DNA from: Candidatus Bathyarchaeia archaeon
Lineage (GTDB): Archaea > Thermoproteota > Bathyarchaeia > Bathyarchaeales > Bathycorpusculaceae
Assembly (NCBI GenBank): GCA_038882955.1
Contig: JAVZNC010000001.1
Coordinates: 192,001 to 256,000, forward strand
Length of the DNA stretch: 64,000 bases
Direction: 5' to 3'
Positions within the stretch are counted from its first letter, which is position 1. Every line of letters starts with the position of its first letter. The notes under the pieces are model-generated. The model was not told where the DNA came from and did not search any database. It was given only the letters and a program-made list of their open reading frames with translations. Shown piece after piece: positions 30,426-39,565 of the stretch. Position numbers and translations under genes: made by a program.

Positions 30426-32123
30426 ATGCCAACACCATTTAAGGCGTTAGCAGAATTATGCGAAAAACTTGAAGCTACAACAAAAAGGCTCGTTATGGTA
30501 AACGCTGTAGCAGATTTTATGAAGAATCTTGAGCCAAACGAGGTTGATCCAGCAGTCGCCATGATTCTTGGAAGACCATTCCCAAAATGGAGCCAAAAGG
30601 CGCTTGAGGTAAGCTGGGCAACATTGAGTGGCATAATAATGCGAATAACCGAAGTTGACTGGAGTACATTCATGAAGGTTTTCAGCGAAACTGGCGACGT
30701 AGGCTCAGCCACGAAAACAATATTCGAAACGGGCAAAATCAAAAAGCAAACAACGCTTTTGGAAAGAGCCTTAACAATAGCCGAAGTTAGGCGAAGCTTC
30801 GAGGAAATAGCCGAAGCCGTTGGACAAGGCTCAAGAGAAAGGAAAGAGCGCCTAATAGAAGCCTTGTTAAGCCTAGCTTCGCCCGTGGAAGCAAAATACC
30901 TAGTTAAAATTTTCATAGGCGAAATGCGAACGGGCTTCCATGAAGGATTAATGGAACAAGCAATCTCTGAGGCCTTCAAAATTCCATTGGAAACTGTTCA
31001 AAAAGCCATCATGACAATAGGCGACATAGGCGAAGTTGCAGCCATAGCCAAAAAAGAAGGGGCAGATGGCCTATTAAAAGCTGGGTTTAAGGTTTTTAGA
31101 CCAGTCAAACTGATGCTGGCACAGATGGCAAATGACGTTGTTGAAGCCTTAAAAGAGCATGGTGGAAAAACAGCCTTCGAATATAAATTAGACGGAGCAA
31201 GGGTTCAAATTCACAAGCTTGGCGACGATGTTCGAATATTCAGCCGTAGATTAACAGATGTCACTGAAAGCCTACCAGAAATAGTTGAGGAAGTAAGGAA
31301 AAATTTCAAAGCTCAAGAAGCCATAATTGAAGGCGAAGTTATAGCCGTTGACAAAACTGGAAATCCAATACCATTCCAACACTTAATGCGACGATTTAAA
31401 AGATTGCGCGAAATTGAGAACATAGCCGAAAAGATTCCAGTAAAACTCTACTTGTTTGATGTTTTGTATCTAAATGAAGAAAGCCTAATCTCGCTTCCGT
31501 ACACGCAAAGGAGACAGAAACTGGCAGAAAATGCTGGAGAAATCTCCTTAACAAGACAGATAATAACAGGCAACATCAGAGAAGCTGAACAGTTCCTAAA
31601 AGAGGCATTAGACAGTGGACATGAAGGCTTGATGGCTAAAAAGCTAGACAGCCCCTACGTGCCTGGAACACGCGGCAAGCACTGGTACAAAATAAAGCCA
31701 GTTCTTGAACCCTTGGATTTAGTTGTTGTTGCGGCGGAATACGGTTACGGGAGAAGGCATGAGTGGCTTTCAGATTATTACTTGGCTGCGCGTGACACTG
31801 AAACTGGCGAATATCTAGTTGTTGGCAAGACGTTTAAGGGCTTGACAGACGCTGAAATCGTTGAAATGACAAAACGCCTAAGAGAAATAACCATAAAAGA
31901 AGAGCCTAGAAGAGTTTTTGTCGCTCCGAAAATAGTTGTTGAAGTAACATATAATGAAATTCAGAGAAGCCCAAAATACAAGTGTGGCATGGCTCTACGT
32001 TTTGCAAGAATAAGCCGCATAAGGGAGGATAAATCTCCAGAAGAAGCGGACACCATACAGAGGGTTAAAGAGATATATGAAAGGCAGTTTTTGAAAAAAG
32101 GTAGATATAGCGTAGCTGACTAA
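30426..32123 (+). CDS. lig: ATP-dependent DNA ligase
   Basis: EYKLDGAR, EGE, EGLMAK, ALRFAR. Confidence 0.97.
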   Translation: MPTPFKALAELCEKLEATTKRLVMVNAVADFMKNLEPNEVDPAVAMILGRPFPKWSQKALEVSWATLSGIIMRITEVDWSTFMKVFSETGDVGSATKTIFETGKIKKQTTLLERALTIAEVRRSFEEIAEAVGQGSRERKERLIEALLSLASPVEAKYLVKIFIGEMRTGFHEGLMEQAISEAFKIPLETVQKAIMTIGDIGEVAAIAKKEGADGLLKAGFKVFRPVKLMLAQMANDVVEALKEHGGKTAFEYKLDGARVQIHKLGDDVRIFSRRLTDVTESLPEIVEEVRKNFKAQEAIIEGEVIAVDKTGNPIPFQHLMRRFKRLREIENIAEKIPVKLYLFDVLYLNEESLISLPYTQRRQKLAENAGEISLTRQIITGNIREAEQFLKEALDSGHEGLMAKKLDSPYVPGTRGKHWYKIKPVLEPLDLVVVAAEYGYGRRHEWLSDYYLAARDTETGEYLVVGKTFKGLTDAEIVEMTKRLREITIKEEPRRVFVAPKIVVEVTYNEIQRSPKYKCGMALRFARISRIREDKSPEEADTIQRVKEIYERQFLKKGRYSVAD

Positions 32124-32145
32124 ATACTGGAAGTGGCGAACGTTC

Positions 32146-33183
32146 ATGCCTAAAAAACTAAACAAATCATTTTACGACGAATTTTACAGCCGCCAAATAG
32201 TGATGCGCGAACTTGGCAGAAAAGGACAAAGAAAGCTTACAAACTCAAAAGTTGCGGTTGTTGGACTTGGCGGATTGGGAACAGCATCATCCCTATACTT
32301 GGCTTTAGCGGGAGTTGGACACTTACGTCTCATAGATCAAGACACGGTTGAGCTGCACAACTTGCACAGACAAGTCTTGTACAGCAAAGATGACCTGCGT
32401 TATCCAAAAGCAGAAGTCTCAGCAAAAAGACTAAAGAAAGTCAACCCTTTGGTGGAAGTTGAACCCATCTCCGAAAACTTGAATGCAGAAAACGCTGAAA
32501 AGCTAATCTCTGGAGTTGACTGCGTTGTTGACGGTTTGGACAACATAAGAACACGCTATCTTGTCAACCGCGCATGCACAAAACTTAAAATTCCATATGT
32601 TTTCGGAGCGGCAATAGGAATAGAAGGAAACCTCTCGGTTTTCGCCCCGCCAGAAACTCCATGCTTGGAATGCGTGTTCCCAGACATAGATGACAGAAAC
32701 ATTTTAACATGCGACGTACGCGGGGTCCTTGGAGCAACACCTGGAATAATTGGAACAATGCAGGCAATGGAAACCATAAAAGTTTTGACTGGAATCGGCT
32801 ACACGTTGAAAGGCAAACTCATGATCTGCGATTTCAGCGACATGTACTTCACAGTAATAGACATATTCAAAAGAGAAAACTGCCCAACATGTCAAGGCAC
32901 GGCGGCCCAGCTAAAACAAGAAAAACTCGTGTGGCTGTGTGGAAGAAACACGGTGAACATAAACCCAGAAAAGCCATTAAAACAAGACCTAAACCAAATC
33001 TACGAAAAAATCAAGCGGCATTTTAAAGTGCGCATAAAATCCCAACTCGCAATAATGTTCAACCACAAAAACTACGAAATAAGCCTATTCAAAGGCGGAC
33101 GCATGCTAATAAAAAACGTCGAAAACGAAGAAAAAGCCCTAAAAATCTACAAAGAAATAACCAAAAAACTCACAGCCAACTAG
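32146..33183 (+). CDS. ThiF/MoeB/UbaA E1-like adenylyltransferase
   Basis: GLGGLG, DQDTVELHNLHRQ, CLEC, CPTC. Confidence 0.93.
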   Translation: MPKKLNKSFYDEFYSRQIVMRELGRKGQRKLTNSKVAVVGLGGLGTASSLYLALAGVGHLRLIDQDTVELHNLHRQVLYSKDDLRYPKAEVSAKRLKKVNPLVEVEPISENLNAENAEKLISGVDCVVDGLDNIRTRYLVNRACTKLKIPYVFGAAIGIEGNLSVFAPPETPCLECVFPDIDDRNILTCDVRGVLGATPGIIGTMQAMETIKVLTGIGYTLKGKLMICDFSDMYFTVIDIFKRENCPTCQGTAAQLKQEKLVWLCGRNTVNINPEKPLKQDLNQIYEKIKRHFKVRIKSQLAIMFNHKNYEISLFKGGRMLIKNVENEEKALKIYKEITKKLTAN

Positions 33184-33216
33184 CCTAAATACATTTATCC
33201 AAGTTCAAAATACCTT

Positions 33217-33528
33217 TTAAATTGCCGGGGTGGCCGAACGGTTCAGGCGGCTGCCTGCAGAGCAGCTATATGTGGGTTCAACTCCCACCCCCGGCTTATC
33301 AACCATGAATGGCGCATTTACGTCTTTTCTGTTCCCAGTTACTGTTCCCATTGTTCCCTTCTCTGTTCCCTCTCCTAGCGTTTGTGCGTTTGTGTTGAGT
33401 TTTTCAGTTACCGTATGCTTCATGAACACTCGTTTTCCATTCTGCCACGTGTAATGCACCACTCTTTGACTTTTGCCTCTAACTTCAAGAACACCTATCT
33501 GACCGCAAACTGGACACGTTACCTTCAT
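33217..33528 (-). CDS. Integrase N-terminal fragment int(N), with putative Zn finger
   Basis: Reads through att as PGVGVEPTYSCS, the same frame as int(C); CPVC...H...H. Confidence 0.85.
   Translation of the reverse strand: MKVTCPVCGQIGVLEVRGKSQRVVHYTWQNGKRVFMKHTVTEKLNTNAQTLGEGTEKGTMGTVTGNRKDVNAPFMVDKPGVGVEPTYSCSAGSRLNRSATPAI
33224..33296 (+). tRNA. trnC: tRNA-Cys(GCA)
   Basis: Acceptor stem GCCGGGG/CCCCGGC, anticodon stem GCTGC/GCAGC with GCA at 33257-33259, T-loop TTCAACT. Confidence 0.95.
33260..33296 (+). repeat. attL, 37 bp
   Basis: GAGCAGCTATATGTGGGTTCAACTCCCACCCCCGGCT, identical to 39537-39573. Confidence 0.96.
33329..33370 (+). repeat. Four copies of (C/T)TGTTCCC near attL
   Basis: At 33329, 33342, 33351 and 33363. 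Confidence 0.7.
33369..33399 (+). repeat. 31-bp direct repeat, copy 1
   Basis: CCTCTCCTAGCGTTTGTGCGTTTGTGTTGAG, identical to 36111-36141. Confidence 0.9.
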
Positions 33529-34238
33529 GAATTAATCACCCCCTCAAGGCGTTGTACGTTAGTGTTGAGCTTTTCGCTTTTCTTTTTCTCTAATTCCGTC
33601 AGCACCTTTAACATTAACGGCTTGAAAAACGTTCTTCTCCACGTTTCATATTCTGGCTTCTTGTTTGCACATTCACTGCTCACTTCATACCAGAAACGCA
33701 GTCCTCTACCACGTCTTCTTCCCTCAACCGTATGCATGTCAAAAGCCTCATTCGGTATCTCCTCAAGATTCACCATGATATTTCTCAACTCCATGTTCTC
33801 TGGATATTTCCGCGCTGTATCAATCAGCTCTAAGAACTCATCTGCACGCCTATCCTTCGGCGCTTCCGCCAAGATTAATGCTGCCAGACAAATGCAACGT
33901 TTACAGTCCCAACTCAGTTCTTTCTCGCCTCGACCTTTAAATTCCAAGAATTTTCTGTAAAGCGTCTCAACAGCGTTAATCGCCCACGGCTGACCGACAT
34001 CTTCATCGGCTATTACTCTTAATCTTCTCCATGCCATGTACCAGTTCTGTTCCGCCAGCTTTAACGCGTAATACATCGCCTTCGCCGACAACCCTTTTCT
34101 TATGCTTTTTTGCAACGCACTTTTCAACAATGATTGCTCTTCGGTTTCTTTCTGGCTTTTCAGCTTCTCTATCTCTTGACCGAACAAGTCGACTTGTTTT
34201 CCTTTAGCGTTTCCACTAACCTCTTTTTCTTTTATCAT
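33525..34238 (-). CDS. Stand-alone RarA/MgsA C-terminal-domain-like protein
   Basis: SALQKSIRKG...AMYYA...WRRLRVIADEDVG; no Walker A. Confidence 0.75.
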   Translation of the reverse strand: MIKEKEVSGNAKGKQVDLFGQEIEKLKSQKETEEQSLLKSALQKSIRKGLSAKAMYYALKLAEQNWYMAWRRLRVIADEDVGQPWAINAVETLYRKFLEFKGRGEKELSWDCKRCICLAALILAEAPKDRRADEFLELIDTARKYPENMELRNIMVNLEEIPNEAFDMHTVEGRRRGRGLRFWYEVSSECANKKPEYETWRRTFFKPLMLKVLTELEKKKSEKLNTNVQRLEGVINS

Positions 34239-34381
34239 AACTTAACCCCCTTTCTTGTTTTTTACGATATGAGATATGCTTCTGTTCTTTTATAAGACTT
34301 TCGACCTATTTCTGAGTCCCATTTCACTTTTCCGCCGAGAAAAAAGGAGGAACTGAAGCGTTCTCTTCTGCTCTCTCTTTC

Positions 34382-34852
34382 TCACGGCTCATAGACGTTG
34401 AACACCAACGTAAAGCTGTACGGCGTTCCACATGTCGCACCGTTCTCTGTTAGCGTAATGTTCACTGGTACTTGATTGTTTGAACTCACATATAGACCGT
34501 ACGCTGTTTCATCCCACTTTTCCCACTGATTGCCGACGTACCGCCAAATCTCAAGAATCCAGACGCCTGGAAAGTCTTCAGTCGTCCATTTCACGTAGCC
34601 ATTCATCGTTCCCGTATACACAAGAAGCGCCTCTAACGTTTTGTTCTGCCCTCTTGAAACGTATTCGCCCCAATCGTAGCTCAAAATCCTAGTGCTATTT
34701 TCTCTGAAGCGTAGCTCAATCTGATAACTCGCCTTTAACGTCATCTGGTTCGGTATCTTCTCTTGATACATCAAATTGCCAACCGCGTAAACAACTCCAA
34801 CCACCAAGACGAGCAGAAGCGCAGCCGTTTTCAAACTAATCGTTTTCGCCAT
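34382..34852 (-). CDS. Signal-peptide/anchor-bearing beta-rich protein
   Basis: N-terminal hydrophobic stretch ending VYA; own TATA, GGAGG SD and oligo-T terminator. Confidence 0.75.
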   Translation of the reverse strand: MAKTISLKTAALLLVLVVGVVYAVGNLMYQEKIPNQMTLKASYQIELRFRENSTRILSYDWGEYVSRGQNKTLEALLVYTGTMNGYVKWTTEDFPGVWILEIWRYVGNQWEKWDETAYGLYVSSNNQVPVNITLTENGATCGTPYSFTLVFNVYEP

Positions 34853-35390
34853 CTTCCTCCTTCCTTTTTGTTAGAAGTTGAATTTTCTCTTTGCCTTTTA
34901 TATGTCTTCTTTTCGGCTTCTTTCGGCAAACTCTCCTCTAAAAACGCTCTATTCTACCTTACACCGCCAAGAAAGGCTCAACTGAGCTTTTCTCCTCTGC
35001 CTCGTACAGCTCGAAACAGTTAACTGCAAACCGCCTCGACATAAAACGGTATAAATCCCCTATCGGCTCTCTGTCTCGTGTAATCTGGTTGCTCCCATGA
35101 ACAAACATCGCTTATCCCAGCTTTTCTGTTCCCATCTGGACTGCAGATTCTATGTCTCCAGCCGTTCCCATCTTTAAACGTCAACACCTCTCTTTAAACA
35201 CTTCATTTCATGATGTTCAACGCCAAAGCAACTGCACCAATCTCTGTACTGCTGAAGTGGTTTCACCGTGTGTTTTTCGTGTTCGTAGGCGTTTAAAACG
35301 GGCTTTTTTTCTGTATTTTTTCTCCATGAACCGCGCTTTTCTTAACCCTCAAAAACCGCATTTTCATACATAAAATTTATCGGCTCATAT

Positions 35391-35702
35391 TTACTCTGCT
35401 GGAATCCACTCATCACTGCGATATTCTGTGTCTGTGAGCAGTTTCCTCATGAATCGTTCGGCTAATAGTTTTCCTTTATCGGCGGACTCACGTTTTAACT
35501 GTTCTTCACGTTTCCTCATCTCTTCCTTCTTCGCTTCTTCACCAAGATGTTTTTTCAGCAACCACTCAATTAGCCTCGACAAATTAGTTCCCTCCTTCTT
35601 CGCCTGCTCTTTCGCTTCTTCATGAAGCAAAGCGTCTAACGTAATCGACACCAGCTTTCTCCTTCTCTGTTCTTCTAAACTGACGGTGCCTTCTGGACAC
35701 AT
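35391..35702 (-). CDS. Ribbon-helix-helix DNA-binding protein
   Basis: LVSITLD..L...AK..A...GTNLSRLIE. Confidence 0.75.
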   Translation of the reverse strand: MCPEGTVSLEEQRRRKLVSITLDALLHEEAKEQAKKEGTNLSRLIEWLLKKHLGEEAKKEEMRKREEQLKRESADKGKLLAERFMRKLLTDTEYRSDEWIPAE

Positions 35703-36103
35703 CGTTCTCCAACCTCATACAAAACTTCCAAGAACTGCTCCATAAACCTTTCTTTAGCCCGCTCAATTTCCCGCTGCCTATCTACGCTGCCCACTACTAT
35801 TGTTTTTACGCCATGCCATCTTAACATAGCTTCGCTCATTGCATCCCAACAGTCTTTTGTAACAACCAAGATTTTCATCGGACAGTTTGAACTAAATCTT
35901 TCTATCACGTTTTCATGCAGCCATTTTGCGCTTACAAACTTTGTTCTTCTTAATCGCTTGGCTTCTAGCTCGAAAAGTCCATCAAAGAAATCTATTCTAC
36001 CGCAAGTGTCCCATGTTAAATCTTTTACTCCAAACTCTTTAAGCCACTCAAGAATCAACAGCTCCAGTTTTAGCCCGACTTTCCGCCAAATCCACTTCTT
36101 CAT
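35675..36103 (-). CDS. Putative PD-(D/E)XK nuclease
   Basis: LE...RIDFF...ELEAK. Confidence 0.55.
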   Translation of the reverse strand: MKKWIWRKVGLKLELLILEWLKEFGVKDLTWDTCGRIDFFDGLFELEAKRLRRTKFVSAKWLHENVIERFSSNCPMKILVVTKDCWDAMSEAMLRWHGVKTIVVGSVDRQREIERAKERFMEQFLEVLYEVGERCVQKAPSV

Positions 36104-36897
36104 TCTTCATCCTCTCCTAGCGTTTGTGCGTTTGTGTTGAGGTGTTGCAGTTTTTTCCACAGCCATCGGTAATATCGTACCAGCTCTGGGTTGCACTTTA
36201 ACTCCGTTGCGATTTCACTGTTGCTGCATCCTTTCGAGAAAAGTTCAAAGGCTTTTTGGCGCTTACTGTCTTTATCAATCGCTTTTCCTCTCCGCCCCAT
36301 CTCTTCACCTTTCACACCATCAAGAACAAATTTATCAACGTCAAGATGTGCCGCATTTGTCCAGTTAAACCATGCAGTCGCTCTTCTCTCCTCTAGGGCT
36401 CTGTAAAAGTATTCACCTTCCTTTTTCGTCAGTTCAAACGTCAAACTTGTCGGCAGCGCTTGTGGTTTCTGCGAAACAATCACGGCTAACGTATCGTTAG
36501 CTCTTCCGTAACTGCTAACCAGACATTCCATTGCATTCTTGCTCTTTGTCGACAACCAAGAAGGGGCATCTTCAATTACGACAATACTGTGCTTCAGCTT
36601 CTCCAAATGAGGCGGTATCAAATTGGACGTTCTAACATGAAAGTTTCCAGCGCCTAACTGTTTTTCGTAAATCTGAAGCGTGTCTTCAAGCTTGAACTGT
36701 CTAATCCAGATGTAGACTGGTCTCTTTTCAATCTGCAGCAACTCTTTAACCATAATCGCCGTAAACGTTGACTTTCCACTACCCATAACACCACGGACAG
36801 AAATCGTTAATCTACACGGCTCAAACGCAACATTTTTAAGCAAAAAACAACTCAACTTTAACACGGGCGTCCTTTCCGACATCTTAATCAACTCCAA
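36100..36897 (-). CDS. HerA/FtsK/A32-like P-loop ATPase with C-terminal HTH
   Basis: GVMGSGKST, IVVIED, YGR, VIVSQ; GCSNSEIATELKCNPELVRYY. Confidence 0.75.
   Translation of the reverse strand: MELIKMSERTPVLKLSCFLLKNVAFEPCRLTISVRGVMGSGKSTFTAIMVKELLQIEKRPVYIWIRQFKLEDTLQIYEKQLGAGNFHVRTSNLIPPHLEKLKHSIVVIEDAPSWLSTKSKNAMECLVSSYGRANDTLAVIVSQKPQALPTSLTFELTKKEGEYFYRALEERRATAWFNWTNAAHLDVDKFVLDGVKGEEMGRRGKAIDKDSKRQKAFELFSKGCSNSEIATELKCNPELVRYYRWLWKKLQHLNTNAQTLGEDEE
36111..36141 (+). repeat. 31-bp direct repeat, copy 2
   Basis: Identical to 33369-33399. Confidence 0.9.
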
Positions 36898-36927
36898 TCC
36901 CGCCTTCTTCCATACGCCCCAACCCCC

Positions 36928-37125
36928 TTAGTTTGTTTTTAGCTCTCGTACGCACTGTAAAATTTCATCTTTGCTAAGTGTTTTTAGCTTCTCCAGCCCA
37001 AATCGGAAAATTAAATCTGTAAACTTCATCCAGCCTATTTCTCGGTAAAATTTTTCATGAAAAATACGCCTAGCCTCATAATACGCCGATAGGCAAACCT
37101 TTACTGATTTACTTGCGAACATCAC
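36928..37125 (-). CDS. Hypothetical protein (element)
   Basis: Overlapping operon arrangement. Confidence 0.55.
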   Translation of the reverse strand: MMFASKSVKVCLSAYYEARRIFHEKFYREIGWMKFTDLIFRFGLEKLKTLSKDEILQCVRELKTN

Positions 37126-37561
37126 GCATCGCCTCTTCCTTAAGCCACTTAACCAGATACCTGCTTTTTTCAGCGTATGGCACGCGCGGGTCTCCCATGA
37201 TTACAGTCCAAAACGGCTTTTGCGCTTCCTTCTTCCTTTGAGGTTTCAGTTTCTTGGGCGGATACTTACCCGTACGCGCAGCTTCAAGCGCTGGCTCTAA
37301 AAACTTCACTTCTTCCTTAGCGCATTCGTCGAGATAATTCAAAAACTTAATCAGTTCTCGCCATTCATCGTCTGTTTTATCAATCTGCTCCATCGTGACA
37401 AAAGGCTGCTTCTTAGGTCTATTAGGCTTAACAGACTCACGCTTCTCTAAAGACTTAGGTTTTTCGATTTTTGCCAGCTCCCACACGCCCGTCAACGGAT
37501 TGCGACATAAATGAACTTCTCCGTTTTCCGTCTGAACTTTAACAATAAGCGCCTCCTTCAT
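37109..37561 (-). CDS. Hypothetical protein (element)
   Basis: 150 aa, coupled start/stop. Confidence 0.65.
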   Translation of the reverse strand: MKEALIVKVQTENGEVHLCRNPLTGVWELAKIEKPKSLEKRESVKPNRPKKQPFVTMEQIDKTDDEWRELIKFLNYLDECAKEEVKFLEPALEAARTGKYPPKKLKPQRKKEAQKPFWTVIMGDPRVPYAEKSRYLVKWLKEEAMRDVRK

Positions 37562-38013
37562 CTACACGCCTCCAGCAGTTTTTTCGGTTTCCAATCTCCG
37601 CAGCGCACTCCTCTTTCAAAATCACGCATATTGCCGAAAAACCCATGAATCTCACAATAGGGCTGAAGTCCGTAATTCACAATCGCTCCGCTTGGCATCT
37701 TATAACTGTGCTCTTTCTCTGAAAAGCGTTTGCATCCTTCACATGAAAAAACTCCATCGCACACAATTGCCAGAACTCTTTTAACGTGACTCACTGCATC
37801 CGAATCTGAAACCAACCTTATCAGTCCTTGACTTTCAAGAATTTTTGCCAGCGGAAGCTCCTGCTCCTTAACGTAATACCCGTAAGGATTACCTTTCACA
37901 GCTTTCAAGAAGCAAACAGCTTCACCAAAAGTCGGTTTATAGGATTCGGCTTGCTCCACAACTTCCGCTTTTTCACTCTTTCTTCGCAGAAACTTGAACA
38001 ACCTCAACATCAC
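37558..38013 (-). CDS. Hypothetical protein with Cys/His-rich C-terminus (element)
   Basis: CEGC...CEIH...C. Confidence 0.65.
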   Translation of the reverse strand: MMLRLFKFLRRKSEKAEVVEQAESYKPTFGEAVCFLKAVKGNPYGYYVKEQELPLAKILESQGLIRLVSDSDAVSHVKRVLAIVCDGVFSCEGCKRFSEKEHSYKMPSGAIVNYGLQPYCEIHGFFGNMRDFERGVRCGDWKPKKLLEACR

Positions 38014-38179
38014 CTCTTAAAGCAGCCTCCATGAACGCCATCATAAACTCGACAGCGAACTCGACAAATCGGCTTTTATTCGCGAATCCATACTTTTTAC
38101 AGAATTCATCCAGCCTTACTTGAACGCCCTCGTCAATCGTGAAAGTTGAAAGTTTCCTAACTCTAAACGGCGGCGTCAC
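37973..38179 (-). CDS. CopG-like ribbon-helix-helix protein
   Basis: TFTIDE....RLDEFC...G..NKSRFVE.AV. Confidence 0.75.
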   Translation of the reverse strand: MTPPFRVRKLSTFTIDEGVQVRLDEFCKKYGFANKSRFVEFAVEFMMAFMEAALRGDVEVVQVSAKKE

Positions 38180-38427
38180 CGAGACCTCCCTCGCCTAGTT
38201 ATTAGAAAAACTGCACCGTACAATTCTTGACCTTTAACCTTACCCGCTAAAACTTCCTTGATGAGTTTGTCTGATTGGTCTAAACCTTTCGTTTGAATCC
38301 GCCGTAAAACCGTCTTGAAGTCATCTCCAACATCGCAAATAACCTCGTTTGATACCTTCGGCTGCTCGGCTTTAGGAACATTGCTAACCATTCGCCGTAC
38401 ACGTTTATAATCTTCGCCGTATGTCAT
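38176..38427 (-). CDS. Hypothetical protein (first gene of the element operon)
   Basis: ATG after an AT-rich promoter-like region. Confidence 0.6.
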   Translation of the reverse strand: MTYGEDYKRVRRMVSNVPKAEQPKVSNEVICDVGDDFKTVLRRIQTKGLDQSDKLIKEVLAGKVKGQELYGAVFLITRRGRSR

Positions 38428-38518
38428 TTTTTCACCATATTATTTAAATACATTTGTCTTTAATAAAGTTTTCGTTTCGCTTCGTTCTTAGCTATGGTCT
38501 TTTGATGATACCTCGTAT

Positions 38519-39565
38519 TTACTCGAAAATGCGTAACCACCTCTCCTCATAAGGTTTTAGAACTTCCAAGATTTTGCTGAACCATTTCTTTAGGTCTGCC
38601 GAGAAATAGTGTTTGCCGAAAATGCTGCTCGGTGCTCTTCCTTGCGTTAAGTCAACTATTTCACTCGGTATTCCTTTTTCCGCCAAGATTGTCCCGTGCA
38701 TTTTTCTCAGTCGATAAGTCCAGCACGGCAACCCTTTGCATCTTAACCGTGAACGAATCAAATCCCAGCTTATGCGCTCCTTTCGCCTATGCCACTCATC
38801 GAGAAACTGCAGCATCCTCTCTGAAACAGGTGTCACATAACATTTTTTCGTCATCCTCATGAAATGCTTATCCGTCGCATGAACCAAACAGCCTAAATCT
38901 GGGCTATAATATCCTTCTAAACCTTCTCGGCTAATTTTATTCAACGCGTAAATCCACTCACCCGTTCTCAAACCACTCAAGAAACCAAACGCCAAACCGT
39001 TCCAAACGTTCCAACCAAGATTTGCGCTCTTACATCGCTCCATCCACGCTTCCGTCTCCGCCACTAAACTCGAACGATTCAACAGCCAACCGAAAACGTC
39101 ACATCCGTTCCAATGATTCCACTTAACACCAGCCTCTTCCAACCAACGCTTCATCTCACTGTAACAACCAAGAAACTTGCTCAGCAGAATTAGCAGCGCC
39201 TTCCCGTTATTACCCTTCACCGCCACATCCAAGAAACGCCCAGTCTGAAGCAGCGCCCAATCATTACGCAAACGCTTCAACATCTCACGCCGATAACTCT
39301 CCGCATAACCCCTCTGCTCAAGCCACCAAGAAAAACGCAGCACAAACGCATCGTCAATATGCTCACGGTATGCCTCAATATGCCTATTTTCCCGCCCCGA
39401 CCAAAAACCGCACTGAAAAGACGGCAAAACTGAAGCGGAAACAGCTAAAGACGACACAACAGAAACGGAATCACAGTTATATAAACGATAACTGCTTTGT
39501 TCATGAAGGGAAGGAACGGAAACCGTAGGTGTCTGTGAGCAGCTATATGTGGGTTCAACTCCCAC
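38519..39565 (-). CDS. int: Tyrosine integrase C-terminal fragment int(C), SSV1-type
   Basis: SGLRTGE, TKK, LRKMH, QGR, KHY; begins inside att. Confidence 0.92.
   Translation of the reverse strand: MGVEPTYSCSQTPTVSVPSLHEQSSYRLYNCDSVSVVSSLAVSASVLPSFQCGFWSGRENRHIEAYREHIDDAFVLRFSWWLEQRGYAESYRREMLKRLRNDWALLQTGRFLDVAVKGNNGKALLILLSKFLGCYSEMKRWLEEAGVKWNHWNGCDVFGWLLNRSSLVAETEAWMERCKSANLGWNVWNGLAFGFLSGLRTGEWIYALNKISREGLEGYYSPDLGCLVHATDKHFMRMTKKCYVTPVSERMLQFLDEWHRRKERISWDLIRSRLRCKGLPCWTYRLRKMHGTILAEKGIPSEIVDLTQGRAPSSIFGKHYFSADLKKWFSKILEVLKPYEERWLRIFE

Noticed and set aside
33329-33569. CRISPR-like array
   Set aside because: Repeats are short or irregular, with no uniform spacers and no cas genes
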